Below, one piece after another: positions 1-9,704 of a DNA stretch of 64,000 nt. The notes under the pieces were generated by a model. It had not been told where the DNA came from. It saw nothing but the letters and a program-made list of their open reading frames with translations, and did no database searches. Origin of the DNA: an uncultured Acidobacteriota bacterium (GTDB lineage Bacteria; Acidobacteriota; Thermoanaerobaculia; UBA5066; Gp7-AA6); contig CAVXTP010000021.1 of the NCBI GenBank assembly GCA_963764715.1, positions 64,001 to 128,000 on the forward strand. Reading direction: 5' to 3'. Every line of letters starts with the position of its first letter. The stretch's first letter is position 1. Position numbers and translations under genes: made by a program.

Positions 1-203
1 CGGCGCGGCGCGGGCGGCTCGCGATCTCGAATCCGCGGGCGGCGGCGTTCGCGTTCTTCGCCACCGTCCATTCCTTCGTCTTCCTGCAGCACGTCGTCGA
101 GGCGCTCGAGGAACCGATGCCGCTCGACGAATACCTGGAGACCGTTCTCGCCATCTGGACCCGGGGCGCCGTCGCGCCCGCCGTCAAGGGGAGGAAGGGA
201 TGA
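1..203 (+). CDS. C-terminal part of probable TetR-family regulator (truncated by window edge)
   Basis: Frame 3 is open from the window start (ARRGRLAISNPRAAAFAFFATVHSFVFLQH...LDEYLETVLAIWTRG) to TGA 201-203, which overlaps the TolC ATG (ATGA). Helical C-terminal pattern and position before an efflux operon are typical of TetR. Confidence 0.55.
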   Translation, partial: ARRGRLAISNPRAAAFAFFATVHSFVFLQHVVEALEEPMPLDEYLETVLAIWTRGAVAPAVKGRKG

Positions 204-1783
204 AACGAGCCCTGCTCGCCGCCGCTCTGGCGCTCTCGACCGGCGCCGCGTCGGCCGCCGACCGCGATCTTTCGCTCACCGAGGCGATCGACCGCGCCCT
301 CGGAAAGAACCAGGAGATCGCCGTGCAGCGCGAGGCCGAGAACGTCGCCGTGGCGAACCTCCAGCGCGCCGACGGGAGCTACGACCCGGAGTTCCGCCTC
401 GACTTCCGCTGGCAGGAACAGACCGAGGCCGTCAACTTCATCTTCTCGGGAGCGCCGCCCGGCTCCGTCGGCCCGACCTCCAACGGGGTTCTGGGCCAGG
501 CGGCGGTCACCGAGCGGCTTCCGACCGGCGGCACCGTCAGCCTCGGCACGTCGATCGGCCGCGAGACGACCGACAACATCTTCACCCTTCTGACGCCAGC
601 CTACACGACCTTCGTCGGAATCGATCTGCGGCAGCCGCTCCTGCAGAACCGCGACATCGACCCCCAGCGGCGCCTGATCCGCGCCGCGAGCCTCGAGCGC
701 GACCAGTCACGGGCGCAGCTCCAGGCCGTCGTGGCCGACACCGTGGCCGCGGTCGAGCGGGCCTACTGGTCGCTCGCGGCCGCGATCCGCGACGTCGCCG
801 TCCGCGAGGAGTCAGTCCGTCTCGCCCAGGCCCAGGAGTCCGACACGCGCACCCGCATCGAGGCCGGCGTCCTCTCGGAGTCGGACATCGCCGTGCCGCA
901 GGCCGAGGTCGAGCGCCGGCGCGTCGACCTCTACGTCGCGCGCGAGACGGCCCAGCGCGCGGCCCTCGACCTCAAGACGCTGATGCTCAACGAGCCGGGC
1001 GACCCGCTGTGGGAGGAGGCGCTGCGGCCGGTCGATTCGCCGGAGACGCCGCTCGTGCCGCTCGACGTGCCGCGGGACCTCGCCGAGGCGCCGGACCGGC
1101 GGCCCGAGGTCGCGGAGGCGGCGGCGGGCCTCGCCCGGCGCGACGTCGACGCCGAGGCCGCGAAGAACCGCGTGCTTCCGCGCTTCGACCTCGTCGCGTC
1201 GTACGGGCGCTACGGCCTCGCGGGCACCGTCAATCCGGACCTCGTGACGATTCCCAATTTCCCGGTCACCATCCCGTCGCAGGTCCTCGGCGGGCTCGGG
1301 CGCTCCTACGGAACGATCGGCGAGAACGCCTTCCCGGACGCGACGGTCGGCTTCACGTTCGGGCTCCCGATCGGGAACCGCTCGGCCAGGGCCGACGTCG
1401 CCGCCGCGGAGGCCGAGCGCCGGCAGGCCGCCATCCTCCTCGCCCAGCAGAAGCAGAAGGTCGGCGTCGAGGTCCGGACGGCGGCGCTGGCGGTCGAGGC
1501 CGCGGCCCAGTCGATCGAGGCCGCCCGCGCCGGGCTGCGCGCGGCCCGCACGCAGCTCGAGGCCGAGAACGTGCGGTTCGCGGCGGGCCTGACGTCCAAC
1601 TTCTTCGTTCTGACCCGCCAGAACGAGCTCGCCCAGGCCGCGCGGACGGAGATCGGCGCCCTGGCGAGCTACCGGCGCGCGCTCGCCGACTACGCGCGGG
1701 CGGCCGGGACGCTCCTCGCCCGACACCACATCCAGTTCGCCGACGACGGTCCGGCCGTCGCGGCCACGGGAGGTTCTCGATGA
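200..1783 (+). CDS. TolC-family outer membrane efflux protein
   Basis: Signal peptide; LSLTEAIDRAL; PRFDL and RFAAGLTSNFFVL OEP-type motifs; operon context. Confidence 0.9.
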   Translation: MKRALLAAALALSTGAASAADRDLSLTEAIDRALGKNQEIAVQREAENVAVANLQRADGSYDPEFRLDFRWQEQTEAVNFIFSGAPPGSVGPTSNGVLGQAAVTERLPTGGTVSLGTSIGRETTDNIFTLLTPAYTTFVGIDLRQPLLQNRDIDPQRRLIRAASLERDQSRAQLQAVVADTVAAVERAYWSLAAAIRDVAVREESVRLAQAQESDTRTRIEAGVLSESDIAVPQAEVERRRVDLYVARETAQRAALDLKTLMLNEPGDPLWEEALRPVDSPETPLVPLDVPRDLAEAPDRRPEVAEAAAGLARRDVDAEAAKNRVLPRFDLVASYGRYGLAGTVNPDLVTIPNFPVTIPSQVLGGLGRSYGTIGENAFPDATVGFTFGLPIGNRSARADVAAAEAERRQAAILLAQQKQKVGVEVRTAALAVEAAAQSIEAARAGLRAARTQLEAENVRFAAGLTSNFFVLTRQNELAQAARTEIGALASYRRALADYARAAGTLLARHHIQFADDGPAVAATGGSR

Positions 1784-2769
1784 GAAGGGTTCGGGGGTTG
1801 CTCCTCGCCGCCGGCCTCGCGGCGGCGACGCTCGTCGCGTGCCGGGCGAAGGACGACGGGAAGATCGTCCACCTGAGCGGCCGCATCGAGGCGCCGCTCG
1901 TCGATCTCGGCCCGAAGGTCTCCGGCCGCGTCGTCGAGGTCCTCGTCCGCGAGGGAGACCGCGTCAAGGCGGGCGACGTGCTGGCGCGCCTCGACCTCGG
2001 CGAGACGGCGCTCGCCGTCGACCGCGATCGCGAGAACGTGCGGTCGGCCGAGGCGAAGTACGAGGACCTCGTCTCGGGCAGCCGGAGGCCCGAGATCTCG
2101 GCGGCCGAGGCCGAAGTCGCCGACCGCCGGGCGTCCGTCGCGCTCGCGGAACGGGAGCTCGAGCGGCAGAACATGCTGCTCGACAAGAAGGTCGGAACCG
2201 TCCGCGACCACGACCGGGCGAAGACGGACCTCGAGCGCGCGCAGGCGGCCCTGAAGTCGAGCGAGGAGCGTCTGCGGCTCGCGATCGAAGGCTCGCGGCA
2301 CGAGCAGACCGCCGGGGCCCGCTTCGACGCCGACCGCGCGAAGGTCCAGCTCAAACAGTCGGAGACGGTCGCGAAGGAGGCGGAGATCCGCGCCCCGGCC
2401 GACGGCGTCATCCTTCATCGCATGGCCGAGCCGGGGCTCCTGCTCGCGGCGGGCCAGCCCGGCCTGACCCTGGCCTTCCTCGACCGGCTCTACGTGCGCA
2501 CGTTCATTCCGGAGACGAAGCTCGGCCGCGTGCGCACGGGCCAGAGCGCCCGGGTCAGCGTCGACGCGTTCCCGGGAAGGACCTTCGAGGCCCGCGTGGC
2601 CGAGATCTCGCCGGACGCCGAGTTCACGCCGAAACCGGTCGAGACGAGGAACGAGCGCGTCAACCTGGTGTACTCGACCAAGATCGACCTCGTGGCCGGG
2701 TGGAAGGAGCCGCTCGTGCCCGGGCAGCCCGCGGACGTCGCCGTGGACACGGAGAGCGGGCCGCGATGA
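1780..2769 (+). CDS. HlyD/YbhG-type periplasmic adaptor subunit
   Basis: ATG overlaps TolC stop; lipobox-like LVAC; GRVVEVLVREGDRVKAGDVLA lipoyl-like motif; coiled coil; AEFTPKPVETRNER motif. Confidence 0.9.
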   Translation: MRRVRGLLLAAGLAAATLVACRAKDDGKIVHLSGRIEAPLVDLGPKVSGRVVEVLVREGDRVKAGDVLARLDLGETALAVDRDRENVRSAEAKYEDLVSGSRRPEISAAEAEVADRRASVALAERELERQNMLLDKKVGTVRDHDRAKTDLERAQAALKSSEERLRLAIEGSRHEQTAGARFDADRAKVQLKQSETVAKEAEIRAPADGVILHRMAEPGLLLAAGQPGLTLAFLDRLYVRTFIPETKLGRVRTGQSARVSVDAFPGRTFEARVAEISPDAEFTPKPVETRNERVNLVYSTKIDLVAGWKEPLVPGQPADVAVDTESGPR

Positions 2770-3662
2770 TCGAGGCGCGCGGGCTCGTCAAGGACTTCGG
2801 GAAGCACCGGGCGCTGAAGGGCATCGACCTCTCGATCCGGGCCGGCGAGCTCTTCGGGCTCATCGGGCCCGACGGCGCCGGCAAGACGACGTTCTTCCGC
2901 CTCGTGGCGGGCCTCCTCGCGCCGACCGCGGGCACCGTCGTGCGCGAGCGCGACACCGCGTTTGGTTTCGTCCCGCAGCGCTTCGGCCTCTACGAGGACC
3001 TCTCGATCGACGAGAACCTGCGGCTCCGGGCCCGGCTCTACGGCGTCGAGGACGCGGAGGCCGGGCGGCGCGCCGCGGACCTGCTCGCGCGCGTCGGCCT
3101 CGACCGGTTCGGGGCCCGGCTGGCCGGAGCGCTCTCCGGAGGGATGAAGCAGAAGCTCGCGCTCGTGGCGGCGCTCATGACGCGTCCGCCGCTCCTCCTG
3201 CTCGACGAGCCGACGACCGGCGTCGACCCGGTCTCGCGGCGGGAGTTCTGGGGCCTCCTGTCCGAGCTCCACCACGAGGGGCTGACCATCGTGATCTCGA
3301 CGCCCTACATGGACGAGGCGGAGTACGCCTCGCGGATCGGCTTCCTCGACGAAGGGAGGCTCTCCGCCCTCGGGACGCGCGAGGAGATCGTCGCCTCCTA
3401 TCCGCGGCGCCTCCTCGTCGTGCGGTCCTCGGACCGCGTCCACGTGCGCGAGCGACTCGCCGACTGCCCGGAGGTCGACGACGTGTCGCTCTTCGGGAGC
3501 TGGCTCCACGTCCGCGGAGCGGCGGGCGTCGGCGACGAGCTCGCGGACACGGTCCGCGGGCGCCTGGCGGGCCTCGTGCCGCCCGGCGACGTCGAGGCGC
3601 TCGGGCCGTCGCTCGAGGACGTCTTCGTGCTCAAGAGCGAGGAGGAAGGGGTGGCGGCGTGA
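2766..3662 (+). CDS. ABC transporter ATP-binding protein (YbhF-like)
   Basis: Walker A GPDGAGKTT, signature LSGGMKQK, LLLDEPT, STPYMDEAE. Confidence 0.92.
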   Translation: MIEARGLVKDFGKHRALKGIDLSIRAGELFGLIGPDGAGKTTFFRLVAGLLAPTAGTVVRERDTAFGFVPQRFGLYEDLSIDENLRLRARLYGVEDAEAGRRAADLLARVGLDRFGARLAGALSGGMKQKLALVAALMTRPPLLLLDEPTTGVDPVSRREFWGLLSELHHEGLTIVISTPYMDEAEYASRIGFLDEGRLSALGTREEIVASYPRRLLVVRSSDRVHVRERLADCPEVDDVSLFGSWLHVRGAAGVGDELADTVRGRLAGLVPPGDVEALGPSLEDVFVLKSEEEGVAA

Positions 3663-4611
3663 GCGCCGCGGTCCCGGAGACGTTCCTCGAGGCGCGCGCG
3701 CTGACGCGGCGCTTCGGCGACTTCACCGCCGTCGACGCCGTCAGCTTCGCCGTTCCGCGCGGACGCGTCTTCGGCTTCCTCGGGCCCAACGGCTCCGGCA
3801 AGTCGACGACGATCCGGATGCTCACGGGCCTGCTCGAGCCGACCTCGGGCTCGGCGGTCGGCTTCGGGGGTCTCGACGTGGCCCGGGACACCGAGGCATG
3901 GAAGCGGCGCCTCGGCTACATGAGCCAGAGGTTCTCGCTCTATCTCGACCTGACGGTCGAGGAGAACCTGCGCTTCTTCGGCACGATCTACGGCCTCGAG
4001 CCCGCGCGGCTGGAGGAGCGGATCCGGACGCCCTCGCCGCGCGCCTCGGGTTCGAGTCGCTCCGGCCGATCATGACGGAGACGCTCTCGACGGGCCAGCG
4101 CCAGCGCGTGGCGCTCGCCGCCGCGCTCCTCCACGAGCCCGAGCTGCTCTTTCTCGACGAGCCGACCGGCGGCGTCGACCCCCGCGGGCGGCGCCTCTTC
4201 TGGGACCTGATCTACGAGCTCGCCGCGGAACGGGGCATGACCGTGCTCGTGACGACGCACTACATGGACGAGGCCGAGCAGTGCGACCGCCTCGCCTTCA
4301 TCCTCGACGGGGCGCTGATCGCCGAGGGCACGCCGCACGAGCTCAAGTCCGACCTCGAGGGCCGGATCTTCGAGGTGGCGACGGCGGGCGACCCGTTCGC
4401 CGCCCTGGCCCGGATCCGCGACGACTCCGCGCTCGAGGACGCGTACCTCTTCGGCGTGCGCCTGCGCGTCGTCGTGCGCCGCGGGCGCGAGGCGGAGGCG
4501 CGCGCGCTCCTGGGTCGCCTGGGCGACCCGCGGGCGGCGGAGCCGTCGCTCGAGGACGTGTTCGTCTCGCTCGCCCGAGGCCGGGCGGCGAAGGCAAAGG
4601 TGGCGTCGTGA
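3659..4611 (+). pseudogene. Second ABC ATP-binding protein, split by a frameshift near 4020-4035 (pseudogene or sequencing error)
   Basis: Walker A GPNGSGKST is in ORF 3659-4075, while LSTGQRQR, LFLDEPT and TTHYMDEAE are in ORF 3898-4611 in another frame. Both ends are translationally coupled to neighbours. Confidence 0.8.
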
Positions 4612-5723
4612 AGCGGCTCCTGGCGCTGACCTGGAAGGAGTTCCTGCAGCTCAAGCGCGACCGGATCACGATGCGCATGATCCTGTTCGTGCCGATCATG
4701 CAGACGCTGATCTTCGGCTACGCGATCAACTACGACGTCAAGCACCTGAAGACGGTGGTCCTCGACGAGGCGAAGTCGGTCGAGAGCCGCGACCTCATCT
4801 CGAAGATGACGGCCACGGAGTACTTCCGCATCGTCGGCCACGTATCCTCCTTCGAGGAGCTCCGCCGGGAGCTCGATTCCGCGCACGCCTCGGTGGGGCT
4901 CGTGATCGACGCCGACTTCGGCAAAGACGCGCACCGCGGCAAGCCGGCGCAGGCGTTTCTCATCGTCGACGCCTCGGACACGACGACGTCGAGCCAGGCC
5001 ATGTCGATCGCGTCCGGCATCGCCAACGGGCTCTCGATCCGGGTCCTCGCGCGGCGCGCGGGCTGGAACTGGCCGCAGCTGCCGGTCGACCTGCGCGTCC
5101 GGCCCTGGTACAACCCGGACCTGAAGACCGCGACCTTCATCATTCCCGGCCTGATCGCGATCATCCTGACGTTCACGCTCATCCAGTTCACGGCCTCGGC
5201 GATCGTGCGCGAGCGCGAGCGCGGGACGCTCGAGCAGCTCCAGGTCACGCCCGCGACGCGGGTCGAGATCATCCTCGGCAAGATCCTGCCGTTCACGCTG
5301 ATCGGTTACGTCCAGCTCACGATGACCGTGCTGCTGATGCGGTTTCTCTTCGGCATCGTGATCCAGGGATCGGTCATCGAGCTTTACGTCGTGGGGCTCC
5401 TCTTCATCGCCGCGGTCCTGGGGCTCGGGATGCTGATCTCGACCGTCGCGAAGACGCAGATGCAGGCGATGCAGATGTCGACCTTCGTCCTGCTGCCGTT
5501 CGTCTTTCTCTCGGGGTACGTCTTCCCGATCGACGGCATGCCGGAGATCTTCCAGGCGCTCTCCCGGCTCATCCCGGCCCGTTACTTCATCGAGGTCCTG
5601 CGGGGAATCATCCTGCGCGGCGCGGGCATCGGGGAGCTGTGGCAGCCCGTCGCCTGGCTGACGCTCTACACCGTCCTCATCATCGCCCTCGCCGTCGCCC
5701 GCTTCAAGAAAACGACCGAATAG
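4608..5723 (+). CDS. ABC-2 type transporter permease (YbhS/YbhR-like)
   Basis: GTG overlaps upstream TGA; WKEFLQLKRD, WYNPDL, IVRERERGTLEQL, FLSGYVFPI; multiple TM helices. Confidence 0.92.
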   Translation: MKRLLALTWKEFLQLKRDRITMRMILFVPIMQTLIFGYAINYDVKHLKTVVLDEAKSVESRDLISKMTATEYFRIVGHVSSFEELRRELDSAHASVGLVIDADFGKDAHRGKPAQAFLIVDASDTTTSSQAMSIASGIANGLSIRVLARRAGWNWPQLPVDLRVRPWYNPDLKTATFIIPGLIAIILTFTLIQFTASAIVRERERGTLEQLQVTPATRVEIILGKILPFTLIGYVQLTMTVLLMRFLFGIVIQGSVIELYVVGLLFIAAVLGLGMLISTVAKTQMQAMQMSTFVLLPFVFLSGYVFPIDGMPEIFQALSRLIPARYFIEVLRGIILRGAGIGELWQPVAWLTLYTVLIIALAVARFKKTTE

Positions 5724-5725
5724 CC

Positions 5726-5876
5726 GGGGTCAGCCCTGCAACTCTGACTCTTGGGGTCAGCCCTGAAAGTCTGAAAGATCTGGATGGTCCAGGAAGTTGT
5801 CGAGCGCGAGGGGTTTACGCCGTTGGGCGGCTGAAGTGCTGCCGCGCCAAACTGTCATTCTTTCAGGGCTGACCCC
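5726..5876. repeat. GGGGTCAGCCCTG repeat cluster: two tandem 27-bp units plus one inverted copy
   Basis: GGGGTCAGCCCTG at 5726 and 5753; CAGGGCTGACCCC ends at 5876; lies between convergent genes. Confidence 0.8.
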
Positions 5877-5879
5877 AGG

Positions 5880-6248
5880 CTAGCGGACGGAGACGGCGAT
5901 GCCGTTCTCGAAGACCACGGTCTTGCCGACGCTGCGGTAGGTCCAGGTCTCGCGGGCGACGCCCGCCCCGGTCGTCTCGGTCGAGACGTCGTCGGGAGCG
6001 CCGAGGAGGGCGCGGACCTGGTCGGGCGTCATGTTCTCCGTCACGCCGCCGTTCGAGGGCTGATCGGCTTCGCGGCCGACGGCCTCGCCGGCGGACGTGC
6101 GCGCGTCGCTCGCCGCGGCCGCGGTCCGGGCGCGATCGATGGGGGAGCCTCGCGTTTCGCCGGGCGCCGAGCGGGTCAGCAGGCCCTGCGTCTTGACGAG
6201 GTACGCGACGATCCCGGCGGCGGCGAGCAGGAGCAGCAGCCTCTTCAT
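5880..6248 (-). CDS. Membrane-anchored small protein with SmpA/OmlA(BamE)-like C-terminal domain
   Basis: N-terminal hydrophobic anchor; MTPDQVRALLGAPD...ETWTY...VVFENG pattern; TATCAT-N6-ATG upstream. Confidence 0.65.
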   Translation of the reverse strand: MKRLLLLLAAAGIVAYLVKTQGLLTRSAPGETRGSPIDRARTAAAASDARTSAGEAVGREADQPSNGGVTENMTPDQVRALLGAPDDVSTETTGAGVARETWTYRSVGKTVVFENGIAVSVR

Positions 6249-6295
6249 GGCCCGATGATACGCGCCTCCCCGCCGACGTTAGACTTGGCCCTCGC

Positions 6296-6883
6296 ATGAG
6301 CTACTGCCGCGCGGCGAAGGGGCACCCGTACCACGGCCCGTACCACGACCGCGAGTATGGATTTCCCGTGCGTTCCGAGGCGGCCCTCCTCGAGCGGCTG
6401 GCCCTCGAGATCAATCAGGCCGGCCTCTCCTGGCTCACGATGCTCGTCAAGCGCGAGAATTTCCGCCGCGCGTTCGCCGGTTTCGACCCCGACGCCGTGG
6501 CCGCGTTCGGCGCCCGCGAGCGCCGGCGCCTGATGTCCGACGCCGGCATCGTCCGCAACCGTCTCAAGATCGCCGCGGTCATCGAGAACGCGCGGCGTCT
6601 CCGGGCGATCCGCGATACGCACGGCTCGTTCGCGCGATGGCTCGACGCGCACCACCCCCGCTCGGCGAAGGAATGGCAGAAGCTCTTCGGGGCGACCTTC
6701 GTCTTCACCGGCGGCGAGATCGTGAAGTCCTTTCTCCTCAGCACGGGCTACCTGCGCGGGGCGCACGTGCCGGCCTGCCCGGTTTACGCGAAGGTGGCGA
6801 GGAAGAGGCCGGCCTGGATGAAGGCCGCGGAGCGGCGACGTCCGCGGGCCCCGAGCGTCACTTCATCGGGCCGAACGGCTTGA
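6296..6883 (+). CDS. tag: DNA-3-methyladenine glycosylase I
   Basis: YHDREYG, LEINQAGLSW, KRENFRRAF, GIVRNRLKI, H-x3-C zinc motif. Confidence 0.92.
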   Translation: MSYCRAAKGHPYHGPYHDREYGFPVRSEAALLERLALEINQAGLSWLTMLVKRENFRRAFAGFDPDAVAAFGARERRRLMSDAGIVRNRLKIAAVIENARRLRAIRDTHGSFARWLDAHHPRSAKEWQKLFGATFVFTGGEIVKSFLLSTGYLRGAHVPACPVYAKVARKRPAWMKAAERRRPRAPSVTSSGRTA

Positions 6884-8234
6884 CCTGCTCCTCGACGAGC
6901 TTCCGGTCCCCGACCACCACGATCGTGGCCTTGTCGTCCTGGAGGTACTTCTTCGCCATCTCCTGAACCTCGGCCGGCGTCACGGCGTAGATCCGCGCGA
7001 CGTATCCGTTGAGGTAGTCGGCCGGAAGGCCGTTCAGGTCGACGAACTCGAGCTGCCCGGTGATCCCGGACCGCGAGGAGTTCTGCAGGACGAACACTCC
7101 CGCCCGGTAGTTCTGGAACGCGCGGAGCTCCTTTTCCGTCGGCGGCTCGGCCTGGAGCCGGTCGATCTCCGCGAAGATCTCCTTCAAGGCCGGCCCCGTC
7201 ACGTTGGTCGTGACGTCGGCGATCTCGATCCAGTACGCGTCGCGGTACCGGTTGGAGAGCTGGCCCTGCGGCGAATACGTGTAGCCCTTCTGCTCGCGGA
7301 TGTTGGACGTGATGCGGGAGGCGAAGGAGCCGCCGAGGAGCACGTTGGTCAGGTAGAGCTTGTCCCAGTCCGGGTTCGAGGGATCGATGACGGGCATGCC
7401 GACGTCGAGCGTCGACTGCGGCGCGCCCGGACGGTCGATGAGGTACACGGCGCGCTCGCTCCTCGGCTTCGGCCGGGAGGTGTTCGGCGCGGGCCCGCGC
7501 TTCCAGCCGGCGAACGCCTTGCGGATCGCGGCCTCCATCGCCGTCGCGTCGAAGCGGCCGACCACGTAGATGCGAGAGCGCGCGGCACCGAAGTTGCGGT
7601 CGTAGAAGTCGCGCACCTGCGCGACCGTGTAGCCCTGGAGCATCGCCTCCGTCGGGAAGATGCGGCCGTAGGGATGGTCCCCGTAGAGGACGGCGCGAAA
7701 CTTCTCCTGCGCCAGGGGCTGCGGCTGGCTCTTCTGGATCGAGAGCTGGCGGGCGCGGTCGGCCTTCAGGCGGCCGAGCTCGCTTTCCGGAAACTTCGGG
7801 TGCTGAACCACGTCGGCAACGAGGGCCACCATCTCGGGCCCGAACTCCGAGAGGACGTCTCCGCCGATGTCGGTCCGGTTCGGTCCGACCGCAATCTCGA
7901 GGGCCCCGCCCATGCGGGCGGCGTCCTCGGCGATTTTCGACGCGCTGCGGGTCGCCGTGCCCTCGGAGAGCATGTCGCCCGCCAGGTCGGCCAGCCAGAC
8001 CTCGTTGGCCTTCTCGTCGACGTTGCCGGTCAGGACCGCGAGGTTCACGGAGACCTTCGGGACCGTTCCGTACGGCACCAGCGTGACTCCGAGCCCGTTG
8101 TCGAGGGTCAGCGTCGTCGGCTTCGGCACCGAGAAGCCCTTCGGCGTCCCGGGCGCGGGCGGCGCCTGCTTGTCGGCGAGGAGCGCCGGGGCCGCGGCGA
8201 GTCCGGCGAGGAAGGCGGCGGTGAGCTTGTTCAT
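6858..8234 (-). CDS. M16 family peptidase, non-catalytic (beta-like) subunit
   Basis: LDNGL, LGGSFASR, IREQKGYTY; lacks HXXEH. Confidence 0.88.
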   Translation of the reverse strand: MNKLTAAFLAGLAAAPALLADKQAPPAPGTPKGFSVPKPTTLTLDNGLGVTLVPYGTVPKVSVNLAVLTGNVDEKANEVWLADLAGDMLSEGTATRSASKIAEDAARMGGALEIAVGPNRTDIGGDVLSEFGPEMVALVADVVQHPKFPESELGRLKADRARQLSIQKSQPQPLAQEKFRAVLYGDHPYGRIFPTEAMLQGYTVAQVRDFYDRNFGAARSRIYVVGRFDATAMEAAIRKAFAGWKRGPAPNTSRPKPRSERAVYLIDRPGAPQSTLDVGMPVIDPSNPDWDKLYLTNVLLGGSFASRITSNIREQKGYTYSPQGQLSNRYRDAYWIEIADVTTNVTGPALKEIFAEIDRLQAEPPTEKELRAFQNYRAGVFVLQNSSRSGITGQLEFVDLNGLPADYLNGYVARIYAVTPAEVQEMAKKYLQDDKATIVVVGDRKLVEEQVKPFGPMK

Positions 8235-8242
8235 GATCGCTC

Positions 8243-9649
8243 CTAGGATCCCTGCCGGGTGTCGGCCTTGGGTTCGATGACCAGGATCGTGCGATTGCCG
8301 GGCCGCAGGTACTCCCGGGCCGTCTTCTGGATCTGCTCGGGAGTGACCTTGCGGAACTCGGCCTCGATGCGGTTGATCTTTCCGGGATCGTCGTCGAAGA
8401 GGGCGAAGGAGGCGAGGAGGTCCGCCCGCCCGAAGCCGCCGAACTGCTCCATCTTGTCGTAGAGGCTGGAGCGCATCTTGACGAGGGCGCGGTCGAGCGT
8501 GGCCTGGTCGACCGGAGTCGTCTGGATCCCGGAGATCTCGTCGTCGAAGACCTTGAGGATCTGGTCCGGTGTCTTGTCCTTGTCGAAGAAGAGCGAGACA
8601 TCCCAGAGCGTCGGGCCGTTGATGTTGAACATGTCGCCGAGGCCCGAGTTGATCCCGCCCTCCACCTCGCCGGTCAGGCCGTTTTTCTGCACGAGCGCCT
8701 GGTACAGGCGGCTGTCCTTGCCCTGGACCATGATCTGGTCGATCAGGCCCATCGCGTAGTAGTCGGGCGTGCCCGGGCCGGGCGCGTGGTAGCCGATGGC
8801 GATGGCGGGCCGCGTCGCGAGCTTGTCTTCCTTGGTGACGCGTTTCTCCTTTTCCTGGCGGGGCTCGGAGATGTCGGCCTTCGGCGGCAGCTTGGAGGCC
8901 GGGACGGGCGAGAAGTACTTCTCGATCCAGGCCTTCGTCGCCGCGGGCTCGAAATCTCCGACGACCACGAGGACCGCGTTGTTCGGGGCGTAGAAGGTCT
9001 TGAAGAAGTTCGCGACGTCGTCGAGCGTGGCGGCGTCGAGGTGCGCCAGGTCGCCGTAGAAGTTGTGGGCGTTGTACCAGTTCGTGTTGGCGTACTGCGG
9101 CAGGTCGAGCCAGGGAAATCCGCCGTAGGGCTGGTTGAGGACGTTGACCTTGACCTCGTTCTTGACGACCTCCTGCTGGTTCTTGAGGTTCTCGGCGGTG
9201 ATGGCGAGGCCCTTCATGCGGTCGGCCTCCGCCCAGAGCGCCGTTTCGAGGGCGTGCGCGGGCACGACCTCGAAGTAGTTGGTGAAGTCGAACCGGGTCG
9301 AGCCGTTGAGCATGCCTCCGTTCGACTGGACGAGCTTGATGAACTCCATCTTCCCGAGGTTTTCCGAGCCCTGGAACATCATGTGCTCGAAGAGATGGGC
9401 GAAGCCGGTCCGGTCCTTCGGCTCGATCCGAAACCCGATGTTGTAGTAGACGGCGACGACCGCCACGGGGGCGGTCGTGTCCCGGGACAGAACGACCTTC
9501 AGGCCGTTGGGAAGCTTCGAGTAGTCGACCGGGATCTCGAAGGCCGCCGGGGCGGCGGGAAGCGCGAACGCGGGGGCCGCGGCAAGCCCCCCGGCGCAGG
9601 CCAGCACGGCGGCGGCCACTCGGACGCCCGAACGCGAAACGAATTTCAT
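8243..9649 (-). CDS. M16 family zinc peptidase, catalytic subunit
   Basis: Signal peptide; LPNGL; TGFAHLFEHMMFQGS (HXXEH); EADRM. Confidence 0.92.
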   Translation of the reverse strand: MKFVSRSGVRVAAAVLACAGGLAAAPAFALPAAPAAFEIPVDYSKLPNGLKVVLSRDTTAPVAVVAVYYNIGFRIEPKDRTGFAHLFEHMMFQGSENLGKMEFIKLVQSNGGMLNGSTRFDFTNYFEVVPAHALETALWAEADRMKGLAITAENLKNQQEVVKNEVKVNVLNQPYGGFPWLDLPQYANTNWYNAHNFYGDLAHLDAATLDDVANFFKTFYAPNNAVLVVVGDFEPAATKAWIEKYFSPVPASKLPPKADISEPRQEKEKRVTKEDKLATRPAIAIGYHAPGPGTPDYYAMGLIDQIMVQGKDSRLYQALVQKNGLTGEVEGGINSGLGDMFNINGPTLWDVSLFFDKDKTPDQILKVFDDEISGIQTTPVDQATLDRALVKMRSSLYDKMEQFGGFGRADLLASFALFDDDPGKINRIEAEFRKVTPEQIQKTAREYLRPGNRTILVIEPKADTRQGS

Positions 9650-9704
9650 GTCATCCTCCTCGGCTCCGACGGCTGAACTTTACGTCGGAAAGCGAGGAAG
9701 GTTC

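Noticed and set aside
4010-4040. Programmed ribosomal frameshift in the ABC ATPase
   Set aside because: No X-XXY-YYZ slippery site is visible; an indel is the simpler explanation.
5726-5876. GGGGTCAG repeats as a CRISPR array
   Set aside because: Only two tandem units per locus, no spacers of CRISPR length, an inverted copy is present, and there are no cas genes.
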